From Candidatus Eremiobacteria bacterium (GTDB lineage Bacteria; Vulcanimicrobiota; Vulcanimicrobiia; Vulcanimicrobiales; Vulcanimicrobiaceae), in assembly GCA_963758295.1 (NCBI GenBank), contig CAVWUU010000003.1, forward strand, positions 64,001 to 128,000: 64,000 nucleotides of DNA. Direction: 5' to 3'. The first letter of the stretch is position 1, and every line of letters begins with the position of its first letter. The position numbers and the translations under genes were made by a program. This document shows positions 41,313-51,994 of the stretch, piece after piece. The notes under the pieces are model-generated. The model made no database searches. It worked only from the letters and a program-made list of their open reading frames with translations, and was not told the origin of the DNA.

Positions 41313-41460
41313 GGTGTTCCTCCAATTCAGCATTACCACGGGACGGAGAACCGAAGAGTCAACAACTACGAGAGATTTGGTACGGTTGATTACCTTCGGT
41401 GGGCTCCCGCCGGATGCCGCTTTCTCCGTTCGGGCAACAGTGCGCTTGCCGGCATCGGAA

Positions 41461-41556
41461 TTACGTCGTCAACGTCGACGCTCGTAAGCGCTCTTTTGTT
41501 GCGCGGGGCCAATGTGAAGTGCGGTCATTGACCTCCACAAACGCACGCAGGCCCTC
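41461..41556 (-). pseudogene. Displaced, decayed 3' fragment of the ATLF-like peptidase gene (copy C)
   Basis: Translates EGLRAFVEVNDRTSHWPRATKERLR, homologous to the C-terminus of 43800..44378. Confidence 0.85.
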
Positions 41557-41605
41557 TCTGCTTCTCGCTGGCGGGTGCTCGCGATAACAGGTCGAAGCGG
41601 CCAAG

Positions 41606-42859
41606 ATGCGGCCACGTCTTATGATGATCGTGGTCCTGATTGGGCTTTCGATCTTCATCAACTACATCGATCGCGGAAACTTAGCGACCGCGGCGACGCT
41701 CGTTGAAAAAGAACTCCATCTCTCGCCATCGCAGCTGGGCTTTTTACTGACGGCGTTCTTCATCACCTATATGCCGATGCAGCTCGTGGTAGGCTGGCTG
41801 GTCGACAAATACACTGCGAGTCGGGTGCTCGTCGTGGGATTCTTCATTTGGTCACTAGCGACATTACTTAGCGCATTTGCGGTCGGGTTCGTGTGGCTCT
41901 TTGCTTGCAGGCTGCTGCTCGGGCTGGGCGAGTCCGTCTCGTTCCCATCGATGGCAAAGCTTTTAGCAGAAAACGTAAACGAAAAGCAGCGTTGTTTCGC
42001 CAACGGTATTATTCAGGCGGGCCTGGCTTTCGGGTCGGCCTTCGGAATCTTCGTTGGTAGCGCGGTGATCGCGGAACACGGTTGGCGCCCGTTCTTCATT
42101 GGTTGCGGCGTAGTCAGCATGCTGTGGATCGTCGCCTGGCAGTTCGCATCGCGTGGGCACCTTCGTAAACGAAGCGCGGACGTGCGAGCGGCGGAAACGC
42201 CTGGCTTCGACCTCATTCTGCGCGAGCGGACGCTTTGGGGCGCATCCCTCGGGCATTTCGGCGGTAATCTCGTACTGTATTTCACGATCAGCTGGATTCC
42301 GTACTATCTAGTGCACGAACGCGGCTGGTCGATATCGCAGATGGGAATTATCGCGGGGTCTGCATCGCTGGCTGCTGGGTTAACGATGATTGTTTCCGGG
42401 CTCGTCTCCGATCACGCAATCCGCCACGGCGCGTCGCCGACCTTTGTAAGGAAGACGGCGTTTGCGACTGGCGGGCTGGGCGGCGCAATTTCGCTGCTCG
42501 GGTGCGGATATTCGCACGGTGCGAATGCTTCTGCAGCATGGCTTCTGGCTGCGGGGTTCTTCAGTGGACTTGCCGCTCTCAATACGTTCGTCGTGGCACA
42601 AACAAAGGCGGGAGACGCGACGGGGAAGTGGGTCGGCATTCAAAATATGTTAGCCAATGCCGCCGGCCTGATCGCTCCCTTGGTCACCGGAGTGCTGGTC
42701 GAGGCGACCGGAAACTTCAAGCTGCCATTTGCTTTGGCCGCACTCGCGGCGCTCGGGAGCGGTCTATCATGGACGCTGCTGACGGGAAAGATCGAACCGA
42801 TCGATTGGAAAGCACGAGCAATTGCTCGCTCTTACGCGCTTGCAGTGGTCGTTAAATAG
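41606..42859 (+). CDS. MFS transporter (ACS/D-galactonate-like)
   Basis: INYIDRGNL, RLLLGLGE, 12 TM. Confidence 0.9.
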   Translation: MRPRLMMIVVLIGLSIFINYIDRGNLATAATLVEKELHLSPSQLGFLLTAFFITYMPMQLVVGWLVDKYTASRVLVVGFFIWSLATLLSAFAVGFVWLFACRLLLGLGESVSFPSMAKLLAENVNEKQRCFANGIIQAGLAFGSAFGIFVGSAVIAEHGWRPFFIGCGVVSMLWIVAWQFASRGHLRKRSADVRAAETPGFDLILRERTLWGASLGHFGGNLVLYFTISWIPYYLVHERGWSISQMGIIAGSASLAAGLTMIVSGLVSDHAIRHGASPTFVRKTAFATGGLGGAISLLGCGYSHGANASAAWLLAAGFFSGLAALNTFVVAQTKAGDATGKWVGIQNMLANAAGLIAPLVTGVLVEATGNFKLPFALAALAALGSGLSWTLLTGKIEPIDWKARAIARSYALAVVVK

Positions 42860-42892
42860 GTTCCGATGGATGTGGTGGCGCACGTCTCGCGA

Positions 42893-43039
42893 CTACTTGG
42901 CAGCACTGAACGTGCAACGAAACAATCGATTTACGTACTCAAAGAGCATCGGATCGACCTTTCGCAAACGCCACTTCGTCGCCCGTGGCCAGTGCGACGT
43001 CACGTCGTTGATCTCAACAAAGGCGCGGAGCGCCTCTGC
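42893..43039 (-). pseudogene. Displaced 3' fragment of the ATLF-like peptidase gene (copy B)
   Basis: 147 nt, same length to stop as 43800..43946; 37/48 aa identical. Confidence 0.92.
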
Positions 43040-43156
43040 AATTATGTGGAATTGGCTGAACCGCGCCGCGCTGCGGGAGGGCCCTACAAACAGTCTCTTC
43101 GAAAGCAAGGTCCGCCCGCTGAGGCGGAGCTGTGGCGCCTACTTTTCGACGCGCGA

Positions 43157-43609
43157 TTACATCGCGGGTTTAACGGGGAGGTTTGTCTGCGGACCTTGAC
43201 CGCCGACCTGTTCGATAGTTTCGCCCTGGGCGATCGACCAGTGGTGCACGCCGGCCGGAACCATGATGAACGAACCTGTCGGCAACACTTTCGCGTTCGC
43301 TTTGTTCACTACGTCGCCGGTGCCGAAGAGAAGGGTACCTTGAATGACGGTAATGTACTCGTCGTGTGCATGGTAGTGCGGCTTGTTCGTGTATCCGTCC
43401 GGCATTTTAACGCGTGCAATTGCGTTGCCCGATTTATTCCGATCACCAACGAACGTCGTAAGGAAAAGGCCTTTTGATGCACCCGTTCCCGCCACCCAGT
43501 GTAGATTGTCGGGGGTGAAGGTCAGGGGATTTCCCGACCCGGCCGCGAGAGCGGCGCCTGCGCCAAATGCCAAGCTGAGTCCGATAAGGATTGAGGCAAG
43601 CAGTTTCAT
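43157..43609 (-). CDS. Secreted cupin domain protein (DUF4437-like)
   Basis: Signal peptide; PHYHAHDEYITVIQG; PAGVHH. Confidence 0.85.
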   Translation of the reverse strand: MKLLASILIGLSLAFGAGAALAAGSGNPLTFTPDNLHWVAGTGASKGLFLTTFVGDRNKSGNAIARVKMPDGYTNKPHYHAHDEYITVIQGTLLFGTGDVVNKANAKVLPTGSFIMVPAGVHHWSIAQGETIEQVGGQGPQTNLPVKPAM

Positions 43610-43799
43610 CGATTGAAGCTCCTCTGTTCCGATTGTTGCAGCATATGTGACACAACGGGGTAAGACGCCGAAGAAAACCAAGGCGTTCTAGGCGGATCGT
43701 AGCACCGCGCCTACGGTTAAGGAACTGCCGATATGCCCATTTAACGGGCGCAGCAATCAGAAGCTGCCTTGGCAGCCTTGCTTTAACGCACACGTCGTT

Positions 43800-44378
43800 C
43801 TAGGCCGCGACGGTAAACGCACATCGGAACAGGCACTCGACGTAGTCGTAGAGCTGCGGGTCCACGTTTCGTAATCGAATCTTCGTTGCGCGCGGCCAAT
43901 GCGACGTCACATCATTGATCTCCACAAATGCGCGGAGCGCCTCAGCAAGATATTCATCGATTCCGGTTGCGGCATACGGCGTTACGAATGCCCGTGCGTT
44001 AGCGAACAGACGGCGCAACTCCGGATCTACTCCGGAACGGTAGACGCCGCCGCCTAATGCGCAATCGAGCGCGTGGCCAAATTCGTGAGCGACGGTCATC
44101 GGGCTGCGGGAACGAAGATACACCGTGCGTTCTTCGACGACGAACAAGCCGGCCGGCGGGGCAGGCCACGCGTCCACGTTGATGCCAAGGCGCGCAAGCG
44201 CCGGTGATGCGTTGCAGTATTGCTCGTGCTTTTCGAGCGGCGAAATCCGGATGCCGCCGTCAAGCGCAAAGCGAAGCGCTCCCGCTCCGAATCGTTCGAG
44301 CGTCTCGACGATTGCGTCGTGCGATTTCACCGAACCCCTCGAGATTAGAGCAAGTGCAAGACCAGCGCAATCGGACAT
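43800..44378 (-). CDS. ATLF/MtfA-like zinc metallopeptidase
   Basis: HEFGH zinc motif followed by YAAT..DEYLAE and DP.LY.Y. Confidence 0.8.
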   Translation of the reverse strand: MSDCAGLALALISRGSVKSHDAIVETLERFGAGALRFALDGGIRISPLEKHEQYCNASPALARLGINVDAWPAPPAGLFVVEERTVYLRSRSPMTVAHEFGHALDCALGGGVYRSGVDPELRRLFANARAFVTPYAATGIDEYLAEALRAFVEINDVTSHWPRATKIRLRNVDPQLYDYVECLFRCAFTVAA

Positions 44379-44483
44379 AGGGCACCAGTCTCGCATCTCG
44401 ATGTTTTTGTACTATTGCCGCCTTACGTCCAAAGCGTTCGCACCGCCGCGAAACAAACTCCCGCGGGCAGCCGTAGCTGTGGC

Positions 44484-45359
44484 ATGAATCGGCTTCAAAT
44501 CGAGGCGCTTAATAAACGCTATCGTAGCGGCGTTCACGCCCTCAAGGATGTCTCGCTCGATTTCGGCCCGGGGGTGGTTGGATTGCTCGGCCCAAACGGG
44601 GCCGGAAAGTCGTCGTTGATGCGCATTATCTCGACAGTGATGAAGCCGACGAGCGGCACGGTCCGTTGGAATGGTGCAGCGGTTGCGGCGAAGCCGGATG
44701 CTCTTCGGTCGCAACTCGGTTATCTTCCGCAGGATGCCGGCGTCTATCCGAATTTGACCGCGCGTGAATTTCTGCGCTATATGGCGGCGTTGAAAGGATT
44801 AAGCGGGCGCGCCGCAGAGCGAAACATCGGCGAGCTGCTCGAGCAATTAAACCTTACAGCGGCCGGAAGCCGCCCGCTCGGAGGCTTTTCCGGCGGTATG
44901 AAGCAGCGCGTTGGCATCGCTCAAGCATTGCTAGGCGATCCGCAAATCGTCGTCGTCGACGAGCCTACCGTCGGTCTCGACCCGGAGGAGCGCTCGCGCT
45001 TCCGCGAGTTGATTACCGGGATGGCGGGCGATCGCATCGTGATTCTCTCGACCCATATCGTTTCGGATGTAGAAACGATTGCCGAGCGCGTCGTAATGAT
45101 TGCCGACGGCGCGGTAATTGCCGATGCCGCACCCGACGTGCTTGCATCCCAACTCGACGGCAGTGCGTGGCAAGGGATGATTGCACCGGGCGAGCTTGCA
45201 CCGATGCGCGAGAAGTATGCGGTGACGTCGGCGGTTCGCCGGCGCGACGGGGTCCTCGTGAAGCTTTGCGCTAAACATGCCCCCGACGGATTCTCAGCCG
45301 TACAGCCGTCCCTAGAAGACGTGTACTTGGTGAACGTGCGTGAGGCGCGCATCGCGTGA
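44484..45359 (+). CDS. ABC transporter ATP-binding protein (exporter type)
   Basis: GPNGAGKS, FSGGMKQR, DEPTVGLD, STH. Confidence 0.93.
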   Translation: MNRLQIEALNKRYRSGVHALKDVSLDFGPGVVGLLGPNGAGKSSLMRIISTVMKPTSGTVRWNGAAVAAKPDALRSQLGYLPQDAGVYPNLTAREFLRYMAALKGLSGRAAERNIGELLEQLNLTAAGSRPLGGFSGGMKQRVGIAQALLGDPQIVVVDEPTVGLDPEERSRFRELITGMAGDRIVILSTHIVSDVETIAERVVMIADGAVIADAAPDVLASQLDGSAWQGMIAPGELAPMREKYAVTSAVRRRDGVLVKLCAKHAPDGFSAVQPSLEDVYLVNVREARIA

Positions 45360-46862
45360 GCGCGGTTCTGACGATTGCCGGAGCCGACGCTGCCGAACGG
45401 ATGCGCCGGTTTGCCTTTATCCTCACGATTGCGGCCGCGCTCTATGCGGGATACCTGTATGTCCCCGAAGCGAGCGCGACGTATCATACAGTGGTCATTC
45501 ATGGACACGGCGGCATTTATAATTCCGCGTTCTATGGAGCCACGATCGCCGCTCTAAGCGGCGGATTTCTCACGCTCTTCGGGTTTTTTCTTGTGCGCGG
45601 TGCGATCGAACGCGACGCGGAGTGCCACGTCGACGCAATGGTCGCAGCGTCTCGGGTTCGCAAGAGCGTTTTCGTTCTGTCGAAGTGGCTGAGCAGCGCC
45701 GCGGTTCTGTGGGCTGTCGCGGGCCTCTCGTATTTGGCCGCGATGGTCATGCAGATATTGCGTGGGCATTCGCTGCAGGTGGACCCGTTGGCTTACGTCG
45801 GTCCTTACTTGTTGATCACGATGCCCGCAATGGGATTCGTTGCCGCCGTGGCGACGGTCTTCGACATCATTCCGTTCTTGCGCGGTGTCCTCGGCACGAT
45901 CGTATTCCTTATACTGTGGCCGGCATTGCTCGCAACACCGATGAGCGCCGGCTCGGGCGGCGTGCGGGCTCTCGACCCGCTAGGCTTCAGCGTGATTGCC
46001 TCGAGCCTTATCGGCTCGGAACAGCGCGCGTTTCCAAGGGATGTGTCTTCGGACGTCAATTTCGGAGTGATCGCCACTGCGCATATCGGACAGCCGTTTG
46101 CGTTTTCGGGATTTCAGTGGACGAGCGAAATCGTCATGCAGCGACTCGCCTGGATCGCGGTCGCGGTGCTGCTCGTGCTGCTTGCATCGAGGTTCTTTGA
46201 CTTATTCCGCCGCGAGAACGTGCGCGCGAGCCGAAGGCTCTTTATCGACGTCGCGCGCGTTATTCCGAACGTCCCCTTTCTGCGAATTTTTCGCGCCGAG
46301 CTTGGCCTGATTGCAAGCGGCGCAAGCCTTTGGTGGTACCTCGGCGCAATCGGCATCATCATTGCCGGCGCACTCGTGCCGTTCGAGAGCGTCACGAAGG
46401 TCGTACTGCCAATCGCGTTGATCTGGCCGCTGGAACGTATTTCGGCGCTTGGCGCGCGCGAGCGGCGCTTTGGGGTCGATGCGATCGTATCAACGACCGC
46501 GGGCTTCGCCACGAAGACGCTGGCATTTCAATGGCTCGCGGGCGCACTTGTGGCATTCGTGGTTTGTTCGAGCTTGCATGTTGCGCTTGGTGCTTACGGG
46601 CGACGGATTGAGTCTCTTCGCGTGTCTTGCCGTTGCCGCGGCGATTTCTGCTCTGGCGTTGGCCCTCGGCACCCTCGCCGGTGCGTCGCGTCCGTTCGAA
46701 GCGTTGTTCTTACTCGCTTGGTATCTCGGACCGGTTCAACATGTACCGGGCATTGACTTTGCAACCGGCATGCGAACGGCTCCACTAGCAACGACGATCG
46801 TGTGCGTGCTGCTCGCTGCCTTTGGCCTTGCCGTCACGACGGGCCGAAGGTCCATACACTGA
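45356..46862 (+). CDS. ABC-2-type permease (frameshift near 46580)
   Basis: Polytopic; overlaps the ATPase stop; C-terminal SRPFEALFLLAWY in the shifted frame. Confidence 0.7.
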
Positions 46863-46873
46863 AGGGACCGATC

Positions 46874-47757
46874 TTACTCTCGCCAGACGAAAATCTTCGG
46901 AACGCCATGCTGCGTACCAATGCCGGCGATCGAGCCGTCTCCGGTAACCGCATAGGCTGATTCGAAACGCCAGCCCGGTGGATGTGGTAGGTCATCCAGG
47001 CGCCGAAGGAGTCCGTTGCGCCAACGAAAGGCAAAATGACGTCCTTTAGCATCGCTCAACATGCCCACGACCGTCCCGTTGTCGCTCACGCCATACGCGA
47101 CGCTGCGCGGCGATTTCGGGGCGAGGTCGATGCGGCGTCCCATTCTGTCCCAAGCTACCGCATGCGGAATACCGGGGCAGTTGGTCTGCGTCGTAGTGCC
47201 TCCAGTGCCTGAAAACGTTACGGACATGCAGCCGGCTCGTGCCGGCAGCGCGTCTGCGCCGACGGCCAATCCGGTGCTGTTGATTGCGAGTGCGTCTCCC
47301 GGGCCGAGTTCGCGGAGGTGTTCGCCGTACCAACGCGCCAGCGTGGACAACGCCTCGCCCTAAGTTGCGACAGCTGGAACCACGCGACGTAGGCATATGG
47401 AGCGTACTCTTCGGGAGCGTCTCCCATCACTTGGAACGAGCCCGCCCCAGAGGCTGTTACGAGAAGGTCGTTACCGGCGCCGGCGATACCGGCTGCAATG
47501 GCGTTGGAGTCTTCCCCGCCGTTCTGCTGAGCCCCGGGCTGCGTCACTACGTCCAATGCGCGAAAGATCTCCGGGCTACCATCGTTACCCCAGCGAAAAG
47601 CGCGAGTCCGGTAGGTTCCGTCCGTCGATCCGGCAATGGCGCCGACCGTGCCGTTCGCAGTAAGCGCGATCATCGGGACGGTGCCCTCAGGATCGACCGT
47701 GAAGCCGACCGGCATGGAGAGTGCCCGAACGAAAGCGATGGCTGTGAGCACAAGCAC
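46874..47757 (-). CDS. Exported HAF-repeat-like protein (frameshift near 47360)
   Basis: RAFRW, AINSTGLAVG, HAVAW, AYGVSDNGTVVG, FAFRW repeats; GGAGG before GTG 47757. Confidence 0.65.
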
Positions 47758-47817
47758 TAAATCCAACCTCCAGGTGCGAGCAGCGTGCGGATGTGCTGCT
47801 TCGTGATGTCTCGTGAG

Positions 47818-48405
47818 TCAGTTCGGTAGTGTAGATGAAGGCACGTTTGCGGATGCGATCGCTGCAGCCATGGCCAGCTTGTGATCGCTATTCCACGGCG
47901 AACCAAGGCCATTGCGCATCTGCGCGAAGCGATCGTCGAAGCTTTCGATGCCCAGGATTTGGCTCGCCAAAGTCGATACCGTTTTCGCATCGTACCAGTA
48001 AACGGACCAACCGCGCGATTCGGCGGCCGACGCGAGCGCCTCACGATACATCACCCAGTCGGCAACGTTTCGCGCGCGGTAATTGGTGATTCGATCGGCG
48101 ATCGTGGGCGGCAGCTGTTGGCGCGCGCGAAGAGCGACGCCGGCTATACCGGGAACCGACCCTGCGACTGCATCGAGCGCGAGTAAGGCATGTCTGTCCG
48201 CGGAAGCGCGCACGCGCTCAACTAAGGCAACGGCATCGGCGATGGGCATGAGCTGCCCTTCATGATGATGAGGCAACGCCGGCAAGTCGTGGTCCACGAG
48301 TTCGACTCGACGGCGATCGAGAAGCGTTCCGTCGGGCGTAACGGTTACCAGCACCGCCCACCCGCCATGATCTGAAACACCGATGACGCCGCCGGCCGCC
48401 GTCAT
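47818..48405 (-). CDS. Hypothetical protein
   Basis: 195-aa ORF translationally coupled to the LLM gene. Confidence 0.65.
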   Translation of the reverse strand: MTAAGGVIGVSDHGGWAVLVTVTPDGTLLDRRRVELVDHDLPALPHHHEGQLMPIADAVALVERVRASADRHALLALDAVAGSVPGIAGVALRARQQLPPTIADRITNYRARNVADWVMYREALASAAESRGWSVYWYDAKTVSTLASQILGIESFDDRFAQMRNGLGSPWNSDHKLAMAAAIASANVPSSTLPN

Positions 48406-49412
48406 GCAACGGCGTCCGCGGCTTGCGCGGCAATTTCAAACGAGCGCAAGCGCGCGGCGTGATCGTAAATCATTCCGGTGACAATGACTTCGTCGACGTT
48501 CGTGTGTTGCACGAACGAAGCAACGCCGCGGACGACCGTGTCTCGCGTTCCCACAATCGCGTATCGAAGCGTCTGCTCGACCATTTCTTGCTCCATAGGC
48601 GACCAAAAGCCGTCCATTGTTCCGCGAGGCGCCGGTAATCGTCCCGGGCGGCCGCGACGCAAGTTTATGAACGACTGCTGATGCGACGTAAAGAGACGGC
48701 GCGCTTCTTCGATGGTGTCCGCGGCAATAATATTCATGCCGGCCGCGGAATACGGCTCGCGCAACTGTGCAGTCGGTTGGAATTCCTGTCGATACATGTT
48801 CAGGGCTGGAAGCAACATGTCCGGCGCAAAGTGCGATGCAAACGCAAACCGCAATCCGAGCATGGCGGCAAGTCGCGCGCTGAAAAGGCTGGAGCCAAGA
48901 AGCCAAACCGGAATGTCGCTGCCGGCACCCGGAACGGCCGTTACCGTGCGATGCGAGGGCGGCGCCTGAAAGTAATTCATCAGCTCCATGACGTCTTGCG
49001 GAAAGGTATCGTCGCTTCGGAGTAAATTCCGCCGCAATGCGCGCGCGGTCATCTGATCGGTACCAGGCGCGCGTCCCAAACCCAGGTCGATTCTTCCCGG
49101 ATACAGCGCTTCGAGGGTGCCGAACTGTTCCGCCACGAGCAACGGCGCATGGTTGGGCAACATCACGCCGCCCGATCCAATGCGGATCCTTGTCGTGCCT
49201 GCGCCGATATAAGCAAGCGCAACGGCGGTGGCTGCGCTGGCTATTCCGGGCATGTTGTGATGTTCGGCGAGCCAGTACCGCCGGTAGTTCCATCGTTCCG
49301 CGTGCTGCGCGAGATCGAGAGAATTCTTTAAAGCCTGCCCCGCACTCGCGCCCTCGGCAATCGGCGCGAGATCGAGAATCGAAAGCGGAACGGTTTTGAC
49401 TTTGTCGGTCAC
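48402..49412 (-). CDS. LLM-class flavin-dependent oxidoreductase (YhbW-like)
   Basis: [36 protein letters not shown]. Confidence 0.93.
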   Translation of the reverse strand: MTDKVKTVPLSILDLAPIAEGASAGQALKNSLDLAQHAERWNYRRYWLAEHHNMPGIASAATAVALAYIGAGTTRIRIGSGGVMLPNHAPLLVAEQFGTLEALYPGRIDLGLGRAPGTDQMTARALRRNLLRSDDTFPQDVMELMNYFQAPPSHRTVTAVPGAGSDIPVWLLGSSLFSARLAAMLGLRFAFASHFAPDMLLPALNMYRQEFQPTAQLREPYSAAGMNIIAADTIEEARRLFTSHQQSFINLRRGRPGRLPAPRGTMDGFWSPMEQEMVEQTLRYAIVGTRDTVVRGVASFVQHTNVDEVIVTGMIYDHAARLRSFEIAAQAADAVA

Positions 49413-49784
49413 GCATAGATCAACATGTTACGAGAAGTTTTCGTTGCGAACGCATTCGCATCTCGAACGGCGTGGAGCGCAGTTGCTTAAGTGCAAACAA
49501 AACATGTGACGGGCGTAGCGAACTTGATACCTTTATGTGCAAATGCTTTTAGCTTTGCATTCGAATCTTTTTCAGCCCGAGTCCGGGCTTCGGTGCCGGG
49601 CGGCGCGCAGCTCGTTGCCATGTACGTCTATGAAGGCGGATCGCTCGACCGCTTGCTGGCGTTCGACCAAGAGAGCCGGTTCCACGACCGTTGTGTAGAA
49701 GCAATCGAGCCGGCCATGCTTATTGCGAAAGGTTGTAAATATTACGGATTAGGTGGATAATCGCCGCAAGGAGGCTGTTTAACC

Positions 49785-50300
49785 ATGCGCTTTTTTGTTG
49801 TGGTCGTTGCCCTTCTGGCGAGCAGCGCGGCCGCGCTGGCTCAACCTCAACCGTTTACGCCAAGCGTGCTAGCCGTTAGCAAATGCGACCCGCAGGCGAA
49901 CGTAAGCACCACGTATCCCGGGTACGTTCCGGCTTATTATCCGGCCGGCGCTCGTTTCTACTGGGGCGACGTCTATGGACGCCGGTTTTATCAACCGCCG
50001 GTGTCCAGCGCGAACCCCACTTTGAACGTCGATTTCAGAAACGTTACCAACAAGGTGATGACGCAAATCGAGTGGGGCCTGCTCGCAAATGGCCGGCTGG
50101 TAGCCGAAGCGAAGGACGTCGGAACGTTTTCGCCCGGCGCCGAAATCAAGCACAAATATGGTTTGAGCCGGAACGTGTTTCCGCTGCAGACCGGTTTACC
50201 ACGATGCGTGGCGATGCGCATCACGTTTGCAGACGGGACGCACTTGCGAAACCCGAACCTGCCTGCGATTCGACGCCAACTGTACGGGATGCACGAGTGA
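49785..50300 (+). CDS. Hypothetical secreted protein
   Basis: GGAGG SD, signal peptide, Cys pair, DVGTFSPGAEIKH. Confidence 0.7.
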   Translation: MRFFVVVVALLASSAAALAQPQPFTPSVLAVSKCDPQANVSTTYPGYVPAYYPAGARFYWGDVYGRRFYQPPVSSANPTLNVDFRNVTNKVMTQIEWGLLANGRLVAEAKDVGTFSPGAEIKHKYGLSRNVFPLQTGLPRCVAMRITFADGTHLRNPNLPAIRRQLYGMHE

Positions 50301-50647
50301 TCAAAGATCTCGCCTTCGTGGCCTACTCGGTGCGCGATGTTCCAGCTGCGATCACGTTCTATCGTGACGTGGTCGGACTGCAACCGGGCGAACTCTTCAG
50401 CGATCACTGGGCCGAATTCAAAGTAGGAACCACCGCATTCGGCGTCGGTAACGGTGAACCACTCGGGTACGAGCCCGGGAAATCCACCGGTGCGTCGTTC
50501 GAAGTGGATGATATTCGCACCATGCGAGATCGTTTAGTAGAACGGGGAATCACCGTTTCCGACGTTCACGACTTTCCAAATTGTTCGGCCTGTTTCGTGA
50601 CCGATCCCGAGGGAAATCAGTTCGGCCTGCATCAACGGCGCGCATAG
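50297..50647 (+). CDS. VOC/glyoxalase family protein
   Basis: FYRDVVGL, FEVDDI, DPEGN. Confidence 0.9.
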   Translation: MIKDLAFVAYSVRDVPAAITFYRDVVGLQPGELFSDHWAEFKVGTTAFGVGNGEPLGYEPGKSTGASFEVDDIRTMRDRLVERGITVSDVHDFPNCSACFVTDPEGNQFGLHQRRA

Positions 50648-50711
50648 CCGATTGAACGCCCGGCGCACGGGCGAGGGCGTGGCCAGCATGAATGGGCGGC
50701 GCGGAGACCCA

Positions 50712-51190
50712 ATGAGCGAAAAAGTCCGTAGGTTTCCGTTGCCGCCCATGAAAATTTCAAGATCAAACCCCGTCGATTGGAGTTTCCAAACACTGGATCC
50801 CATGGATGCTCTGGCGTCGCGCCGGACGTTCATGGCGTTCCTTCATCGGGCCTGTGCAGCGGATTCCGATTTCGACGGCGCGGAACCGGTCTTTGGCGAA
50901 CTTGTTTCGAACGTTGCCATGCATGCATGCACCGGAGTTCGTGCAAATTCACGCTTATGCGAGCGCACATGGCATCACGCTCGACGTCTACGACACCGGC
51001 CTTTCTACCGGCTACGACGCTTCCGAGCGACGTTGGCAGCGATCGCGGACGCGGACTATTCATCATTTCGCATCTTGGTTCAAAGTTTTGCGTGGAACGA
51101 ACATCTAGTGGGAATCGCGTCAGCGTAGAGCTTCCCGTTTCAATAAAGGCAAGCGCTTCGAATGGTGCACGACGACGGTTCCGAGGATAG
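50712..51190 (+). CDS. RsbW-like HATPase_c protein (frameshifted, possibly decayed)
   Basis: N-box ELVSNVAMH, DTG and G-box DRGRGLFII spread over three frames. Confidence 0.65.
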
Positions 51191-51198
51191 GTTTATCA

Positions 51199-51444
51199 AT
51201 GAAGCTCCAAGACTTCGATCCGTATTTCGGCAAAAGCGTCGAGATCGTCACGCGCCCGATTGCTCCGTCGCATGACGAGGGACACTACAAAGGAATGCTC
51301 GAGCGAATCGATGGTGACGCTTCGCACGTGTATCTTCAAATCCGAGACGAGGATGCGCCGCGGCCGCCCTACCGTCGTCATGGCCGCGGAGCGCACGCAA
51401 CGGCGGTTCCGATCAACGAAATCCGCCACGTTCGCCCGCTGTAA
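51199..51444 (+). CDS. Small hypothetical protein, Sm/SH3-like pattern
   Basis: GAGG SD; GKSVEIVT...YKGMLERID...INEIRHV. Confidence 0.6.
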   Translation: MKLQDFDPYFGKSVEIVTRPIAPSHDEGHYKGMLERIDGDASHVYLQIRDEDAPRPPYRRHGRGAHATAVPINEIRHVRPL

Positions 51445-51530
51445 TGCCCATTGAATTGCAAGGCCGCGCGGTTTTCGCACGGTTTGAACGAGGCATTACC
51501 CGGCATTGCGCTGATGGGGAGGACGCGTCT

Positions 51531-51989
51531 GTGAAGCGAGCGACCGCGGAACCCAGTGATGATTTCGATTTCGCTACGGACATGCGCGAAGCGATGGACC
51601 TCGAGATCGAAGTCGATCACGATCGAGCGCACCCCGGGTGGCGACAGCGTTTCAAAGACTTCTGGGCTTCTCGTCAAGCCGCCGGCATCGCGCAGTTCTT
51701 CGTCGCTCGCAACGGCGATGGAGAGCGCATCGGCATGGCGTTCGTCACCGCGTCGGACCACTATCGCACGCATGCGTTCGGCACGCGTTATGCCTGCGTA
51801 CACGGCCTCTACGTGAAAGCGGAATTTAGGCGCCGTGGCGTTGCGTCGGCATTGATGACGGCTGTGGAGACTTGGGCGCGCGAAAACGGCTACGACGTTC
51901 TGCGTTTGCGCGCGTCAGAAATGGGACGTCCGCTCTATGCGACGCTCGGGTTCACGCCGACGACGGAAGTTGAAAAAAACCTGAAGTAA
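51531..51989 (+). CDS. GNAT acetyltransferase
   Basis: YVKAEFRRRGVA, LYATLGF; GGAGG before GTG 51531. Confidence 0.9.
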   Translation: MKRATAEPSDDFDFATDMREAMDLEIEVDHDRAHPGWRQRFKDFWASRQAAGIAQFFVARNGDGERIGMAFVTASDHYRTHAFGTRYACVHGLYVKAEFRRRGVASALMTAVETWARENGYDVLRLRASEMGRPLYATLGFTPTTEVEKNLK

Positions 51990-51994
51990 CGCGG

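Noticed and set aside
41345..41430. Glycine riboswitch on the minus strand (GGAGA...CACCGAAGG...AAATCTCTC)
   Set aside because: The conserved CTCAGG is missing, the pairing scheme differs, and the downstream gene is unrelated; kept only as an unassigned structure
41461..43946. Diversity-generating retroelement (TR/VR) explanation for the peptidase repeats
   Set aside because: Differences are mostly synonymous third-position changes of all base types, not adenine-specific, and no reverse transcriptase is present
44398..44416. LexA box upstream of the peptidase (TAGTAC half-site)
   Set aside because: The second half-site (GTTC at N4 spacing) is absent
49491..49760. 89-aa ORF and nearby TGCGAA-N4-TTCGCA palindrome (49446-49461)
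   Set aside because: No recognisable motif or clear SD for the ORF, and a single 6-bp palindrome with no linked regulator; not enough support
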